DNA of 32,000 bases from Microcystis aeruginosa NIES-2549 (lineage in GTDB: Bacteria > Cyanobacteriota > Cyanobacteriia > Cyanobacteriales > Microcystaceae), in assembly GCF_000981785.2 (NCBI RefSeq), contig NZ_CP011304.1, positions 3,900,001-3,932,000 on the forward strand, given 5' to 3'. The translations under genes were made by a program, and so were the position numbers. Below the pieces are notes generated by a model. That model was not told where the DNA came from and searched no databases. It saw only the letters and a list, made by a program, of their open reading frames with translations. Below are positions 27,985-32,000 of the stretch, piece after piece. The stretch's first letter is position 1. Every line of letters starts with the position of its first letter.

Positions 27985-28755
27985 TTAACTTAAAATTGGT
28001 GCGCCCCCCTGAAAAACTAATAATTCTCCTGAATTAATCGCTGTCCAAACTTCATTATCAGTTAAGGGTGTAGTGGCAATAATTGCCACTTGATCGCCGG
28101 GATGAGCTAAAACTTGAAAATCAACGCTAACATCTTCATCAATTAAATGAGCATCGGCAAAAGGATACTGACGGATTATATAGCTTAATTTTGTCGAACA
28201 ATGGGCAAAAAAATGTTCACCATCGGATAAAAGATAATTAAAAATTCCTTGACAAGCGATAGAGTTTGTGATAGTTTTTAGGACTTGATAAAGTTGCTCT
28301 AGGGAAGGTTTGCCCTGGGGAAAAGTCTCTCGTAGGGTATTAAGAATTAAACAAAAAGCTCTTTCCGAATCCGTCTCCCCAACCGGTTGATAAAAATCTC
28401 CCGCAGCTGGTGAGAAATTTTCTAAATTACCATTATGGGCAAAAACCCAATATTTCCCCCACAATTCACGCCGAAAAGGATGACAGTTTTCTAGTTTAAT
28501 TTCTCCTTGGGTGGCTTTGCGAATATGGGCGATAACATTGGTAGAATGGATGGGATAGTTTTTAATTAATTCCGCAATCGGAGAAGCGATCGAGGGTTTA
28601 ACATCAATAAAAGTTCGACAACCTAAACCCTCAAAAAAAGCGATTCCCCAACCGTCTCGATGTTCGTCGGTTTTTCCCCCCCGCGCACAAAATCCCTCGA
28701 AGGAAAAACAGATATCCGTGGGGACATTACAATTCATGCCTAGAAGTTGACACAT
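27985..28755 (-). CDS. class II (Ntn-type) glutamine amidotransferase, YafJ-like
   Basis: MCQLLGMNCN...DGWGIAFF...HIRKAT.G...NCHPF...FAHNG. Ntn amidotransferases need Cys directly after the initiator Met, so I prefer ATG 28755 to the ORF-track start at 28788. Confidence 0.8.
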   Translation of the reverse strand: MCQLLGMNCNVPTDICFSFEGFCARGGKTDEHRDGWGIAFFEGLGCRTFIDVKPSIASPIAELIKNYPIHSTNVIAHIRKATQGEIKLENCHPFRRELWGKYWVFAHNGNLENFSPAAGDFYQPVGETDSERAFCLILNTLRETFPQGKPSLEQLYQVLKTITNSIACQGIFNYLLSDGEHFFAHCSTKLSYIIRQYPFADAHLIDEDVSVDFQVLAHPGDQVAIIATTPLTDNEVWTAINSGELLVFQGGAPILS

Positions 28756-29202
28756 AGTTGCTTGAGTTTGAATATCAGATGCCAGCAAAATTACTTACTG
28801 CCAGCAGCCGTGACAGGAGACAGGAGAATTTTTTCCAGCTGCCTCTTGCCTATCCTAGCTAAGAAATTAATCTGGCACTACTACTAATTAGCGTTTGCTG
28901 AAAAAGTTTCTTGGTGGGTGTGGGGTTTTACCGATTTTCAGAAGGTTTTTAGATTTATTCGGCAAATCCTCATTAAATCAACCTCTGAAAGACAAAAAGA
29001 GCAAAAAATCAGATTGATAGCGATAAAATAACAATTTTTTGCCTAAAAAGGTAATTTATTTGCTGTTATTGCCTTTTATCTCCCTGCATCCCTGTTTTAA
29101 CTCCCATGAATCCCAACTGGGCGATCGAGATTAATTTTTTGGCCTGCTTATTCGATAAAATAGGAAACTGGGCCATCTAATCAAATCTGTATCCTTAAGG
29201 CT

Positions 29203-30312
29203 ATGACAATTATTTCTCGATCAATCCCCCAATCACCCACTAAATCCTCGTCTATCGGCGGCTGGCGCGGTTTGATCGAAGAATATCGCCAATTTCTGCC
29301 CGTAAGCAGTAAAACCCCTGTAATTACCCTCCTAGAAGGCAATACACCCCTGATCCCCGCCCCCTATCTCTCAGCACAAATCGGGCGCGATGTCAAGGTT
29401 TTTGTCAAATATGATGGCTTAAATCCCACCGGCAGCTTTAAAGACCGAGGTATGACCATGGCCATCTCGAAAGCTAAAGAAGAAGGGGCAAAAGCGGTGA
29501 TTTGTGCCAGTACCGGCAACACCTCGGCGGCGGCGGCAGCCTATGCAAGAAGGGCCGGGATGCGGGCCTTTGTGATTATCCCCGATGGTTATGTGGCCTT
29601 AGGAAAATTAGCCCAAGCTTTATTGTACGGAGCGGAAGTCATCGCTATTAATGGCAACTTCGATGATGCCCTCAAGATTGTCCGCCAACTATCAGAAAAT
29701 TATCCCGTAACTTTAGTCAATTCCGTCAATCCCTACCGTTTAGAGGGTCAAAAAACCGCCGCTTTCGAGATTGTCGATGTCTTGGGTAATGCTCCCGACT
29801 GGTTATGTATTCCCGTGGGTAATGCGGGCAATATTAGCGCCTATTGGATGGGATTCTGTCAGTATCACCAGATAGGCAAATGTGACCGACTGCCGAAGAT
29901 GATGGGTTTTCAGGCCGCCGGGGCTGCCCCTTTTATCTCTAAACAACCAGTTGACCATCCCGAAACCCTAGCCACGGCCATCCGTATCGGCAACCCCGCT
30001 AACTGGGAAAAAGCCTGGGCCGCTAGTCACGCTAGTCAAGGGCAATTTCACGCAGTCAGTGATGAGGAAATATTAGCAGCCTATCGGATTTTAGGGGGCC
30101 AAGAGGGGGTTTTCTGTGAACCGGCCAGCGCCGCTTCTGTGGCAGGATTATTAAAAGTGCATCAACAGGTTCCCGATGGGGCCACCGTAGTGTGTGTTTT
30201 AACGGGAAATGGACTAAAAGACCCAGATTCGGCGGTAAAATACAGCAATAACCAACTAAAATCCGGGATCGCTCCCGAATTAACCCAAGTGGCTCAAATT
30301 ATGGGCTTCTAA
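29203..30312 (+). CDS. thrC: threonine synthase
   Basis: 369 aa. LEGNTPLI, the PLP-lysine motif [10 protein letters not shown], and the overall length and layout of short-type ThrC. Confidence 0.9.
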   Translation: MTIISRSIPQSPTKSSSIGGWRGLIEEYRQFLPVSSKTPVITLLEGNTPLIPAPYLSAQIGRDVKVFVKYDGLNPTGSFKDRGMTMAISKAKEEGAKAVICASTGNTSAAAAAYARRAGMRAFVIIPDGYVALGKLAQALLYGAEVIAINGNFDDALKIVRQLSENYPVTLVNSVNPYRLEGQKTAAFEIVDVLGNAPDWLCIPVGNAGNISAYWMGFCQYHQIGKCDRLPKMMGFQAAGAAPFISKQPVDHPETLATAIRIGNPANWEKAWAASHASQGQFHAVSDEEILAAYRILGGQEGVFCEPASAASVAGLLKVHQQVPDGATVVCVLTGNGLKDPDSAVKYSNNQLKSGIAPELTQVAQIMGF

Positions 30313-30342
30313 GCTAACGTTAATTCGGGTTAGGCAGCGCTT

Positions 30343-30972
30343 CTATAAAACTCCCTTAGAACTGGGAATTATACCGGCGCGACGGGGATCGATCGCTATG
30401 GCCCCACTCATCGCCCGGGCAAAAGCTTTAAAAGTAGCCTCAATAATATGATGGGAATTAATCCCGTCTAATTGGCGAATATGTAGGGTCATTTGACTGT
30501 GATTGACCAAAGCAACGAAAAATTCCCGCACTAGCTGAGTATCGTAGGTTCCCACTCTTTGGGTGGGAATTTCTAGACCATAACTGAGGTGGGGACGACC
30601 GGAAAAATCGAGGGCAACCTGCACTAAAGCTTCATCGAGAGGGGCGACAAAATGCCCGAAACGGACGATCCCTTTTTTGTCCCCCAAAGCTTGCAGTAAA
30701 GCTTGTCCGAGGGTGATTCCCACGTCCTCATTGGTGTGATGGTCATCAATTTCTATATCTCCGGTGGCAAGCACATCGAGATCGATCGCAGCGTGGGAGG
30801 CGATTTGCTGCAACATATGATCAAGAAAGGGAATTCCTGTCTGGGCGCGACAATTGCCGCTACCATCAAGATCGATCGTCACCTGTACATCGGTTTCTTT
30901 GGTAGTACGACTAACCGAGGCGCGACGGCAAGGTGAGACAAAAGAATCGGGTATCTGGGAAGTGGAAATCAT
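30343..30972 (-). CDS. hisB: imidazoleglycerol-phosphate dehydratase
   Basis: 209 aa. [28 protein letters not shown] and [12 protein letters not shown] are conserved IGPD motifs. Confidence 0.93.
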   Translation of the reverse strand: MISTSQIPDSFVSPCRRASVSRTTKETDVQVTIDLDGSGNCRAQTGIPFLDHMLQQIASHAAIDLDVLATGDIEIDDHHTNEDVGITLGQALLQALGDKKGIVRFGHFVAPLDEALVQVALDFSGRPHLSYGLEIPTQRVGTYDTQLVREFFVALVNHSQMTLHIRQLDGINSHHIIEATFKAFARAMSGAIAIDPRRAGIIPSSKGVL

Positions 30973-31014
30973 TTAAGTAAAAATAAGTAGGTAGCCGTTA
31001 AAAATTATCAGATG

Positions 31015-31085
31015 CCCCCCTTATTAAGGGGGGACTAAGGGGGGATCGGCACCCCCCTTATCAAGGGGGGACTAAGGGGGGATCG
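31015..31085 (+). repeat. 37-bp tandem duplication, each unit carrying a C6-N7-G6 hairpin plus a second G6 run
   Basis: CCCCCCTTATTAAGGGGGGACTAAGGGGGGATCG is followed by GCA and then CCCCCCTTATCAAGGGGGGACTAAGGGGGGATCG. It lies 43 bp upstream of the hisB start on the opposite strand. Confidence 0.9.
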
Positions 31086-31118
31086 AATTATTGACTAGGA
31101 AGATGAGAGTTTTTTTCA

Positions 31119-31180
31119 GTAATCAGTAAACCTAAAACTCACATCTGATCACTGATTACTGATCACTGATCACTGAAAAG
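31119..31180 (+). repeat. repeat module 1: 31-bp unique head plus CTGATCA/CTGATTA heptamers ending CACTGAAAAG
   Basis: GTAATCAGTAAACCTAAAACTCACATCTGAT followed by heptamers. The head is identical to 31304-31334. Confidence 0.85.
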
Positions 31181-31183
31181 AAC

Positions 31184-31248
31184 GTAGGTTGGGTTGAAGC
31201 ATGAAACCCAACGCCCGCATGGGTTACGCTACCGCTAACCCATCCTAC
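31184..31248. repeat. palindromic GGGTT/AACCC element (two consecutive 8-bp hairpins inside 12-bp imperfect outer inverted repeats)
   Basis: GTTGGGTT..AACCCAAC (31188-31212), ATGGGTTA..TAACCCAT (31219-31243), and outer GTAGGTTGGGTT / AACCCATCCTAC. Confidence 0.8.
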
Positions 31249-31303
31249 AAATAATTGTGTCTCCCTACTTAGCTTAACAAATTAGGTTTTAGATTCGTCC
31301 CTT

Positions 31304-31378
31304 GTAATCAGTAAACCTAAAACTCACATCTGATAACTCACATCTGATAACTGATAACTGATCACTGATCACTGAAAA
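31304..31378 (+). repeat. repeat module 2: same 31-bp head, 14-mer x2 and CTGATAA/CTGATCA heptamers ending CACTGAAAAG
   Basis: Direct reading; see module 1. Confidence 0.85.
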
Positions 31379-31381
31379 GGC

Positions 31382-32000
31382 CTAACTTTCTGGTTCAGTT
31401 TTAGCTTCCGCCGGCGGACCGGGGGGCAAGGCTTCCTCGCTGACAGGTTGAGGATTTTGGCTAGTGGGGGGACTAGCGGGGGAAACCTCCGGCTGATTGA
31501 GAGCGGGGGTTTGGGGAGAATTTTCTGGGGCTTTTTCCTCGATTATCGCATCTTTGGGCGGTTCTGGCTGGGTTGGGGCTGGATTTGGCTCTGTGGTTGC
31601 GGGTGGCTTGACGTTATCCGGTTGGGGACTAACGACGGGCTGCGGGGTTTGATTGGGACGAAGCGGGGTTTCAATTGCCGGCGTTGCGGGGGGGGAGTTA
31701 CGCGTATTGAGGTTGCTACCCTCCGGTTTTGGGGGATTAGCGATCGCACCTCGGCACACTTCCGGGTTAGGGGCAAAACTGACGCGCACCTGATAGATTC
31801 TCGACTCACCACTGGGATTATTAAAACGAGTTAGGCGCACTTCCCTCGCCCCCTGTTGATTGAAAATCGGGAAGCCAGCACTTTTAATTAACTGGGGTTC
31901 ACTGCTGAGGCGGCCTTGACTATCCACCGTCACCCCATAAACCGCCGTCCCCGCTAATTGACGGGAACAAGCCGTGGCGGGATAATTACCAGTCAAATTG
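31382..32000 (-). CDS. partial protein (5' end outside window): TonB-C-like domain followed by a proline-rich C-terminal tail
   Basis: GTAVYGVTVDSQGRLSSEPQLIKSAGFPIFNQQGAREV resembles the TonB C-terminal pattern, followed by about 110 aa rich in P/Q/E/T. The TTG start at 31996 is an artefact of the window edge. Confidence 0.45.
   Translation of the reverse strand, partial: NLTGNYPATACSRQLAGTAVYGVTVDSQGRLSSEPQLIKSAGFPIFNQQGAREVRLTRFNNPSGESRIYQVRVSFAPNPEVCRGAIANPPKPEGSNLNTRNSPPATPAIETPLRPNQTPQPVVSPQPDNVKPPATTEPNPAPTQPEPPKDAIIEEKAPENSPQTPALNQPEVSPASPPTSQNPQPVSEEALPPGPPAEAKTEPES

Noticed and set aside
29106-29180. A 24-codon ORF ([24 protein letters not shown]) in the 414-bp gap upstream of thrC, as a possible attenuation leader peptide.
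   Set aside because: It has no run of Thr/Ile regulatory codons and no obvious terminator/antiterminator pair. The long leader remains unexplained but unsupported.
31015-31378. Tandem repeats upstream of hisB as a possible CRISPR array.
   Set aside because: There are only two 37-bp units with no unique spacers. The remaining repeats are 7-bp arrays, and no cas genes are present.

Overview
This is a cyanobacterial chromosomal segment. The evidence is psaC, crtH, tocopherol cyclase, ycf23 and frequent HIP1 GCGATCGC palindromes. The 7-bp tandem arrays and GGGTT/AACCC palindromes suggest a Microcystis-like genome, but that taxon call is inference only. Most of the window is ordinary housekeeping DNA: capD-like sugar dehydratase, crtH, ABC1 kinase, tocopherol cyclase, FGGY kinase, glmU, ycf23, PDH E2, clpC, acs, psaC, thrC and hisB. 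All product calls come from motifs I recognise in the supplied translations; no database search was possible.

The one clearly accessory stretch is about 15.5-20.3 kb, between a PRC-barrel gene and clpC. All of it is on the minus strand. It holds a hicB-hicA toxin-antitoxin pair, an orphan ~220-aa ORF with no recognisable domain, and a complete-looking ~2.6-kb group II intron. The intron has a 5' GUGCG and a textbook domain V. Its RT/maturase/HNH gene is broken by a +1 frameshift in an A8 run and lacks a canonical start codon. The intron sits in the leader about 95 nt upstream of the orphan ORF. I found no HIP1 site in this stretch, and it looks more AT-rich than its flanks.

I do not see a demonstrably novel multi-gene system. 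The orphan ORF in its intron/hicBA context is the best candidate for something undescribed.

Other points worth a second look:
- a ~125-bp dispersed repeat found just 3' of two minus-strand genes, carrying a conserved hairpin
- a perfect 16-bp inverted repeat bracketing 111 bp
- many heptanucleotide tandem arrays
- two divergent genes whose start codons are 2 bp apart

No rRNA, tRNA or CRISPR array was seen.
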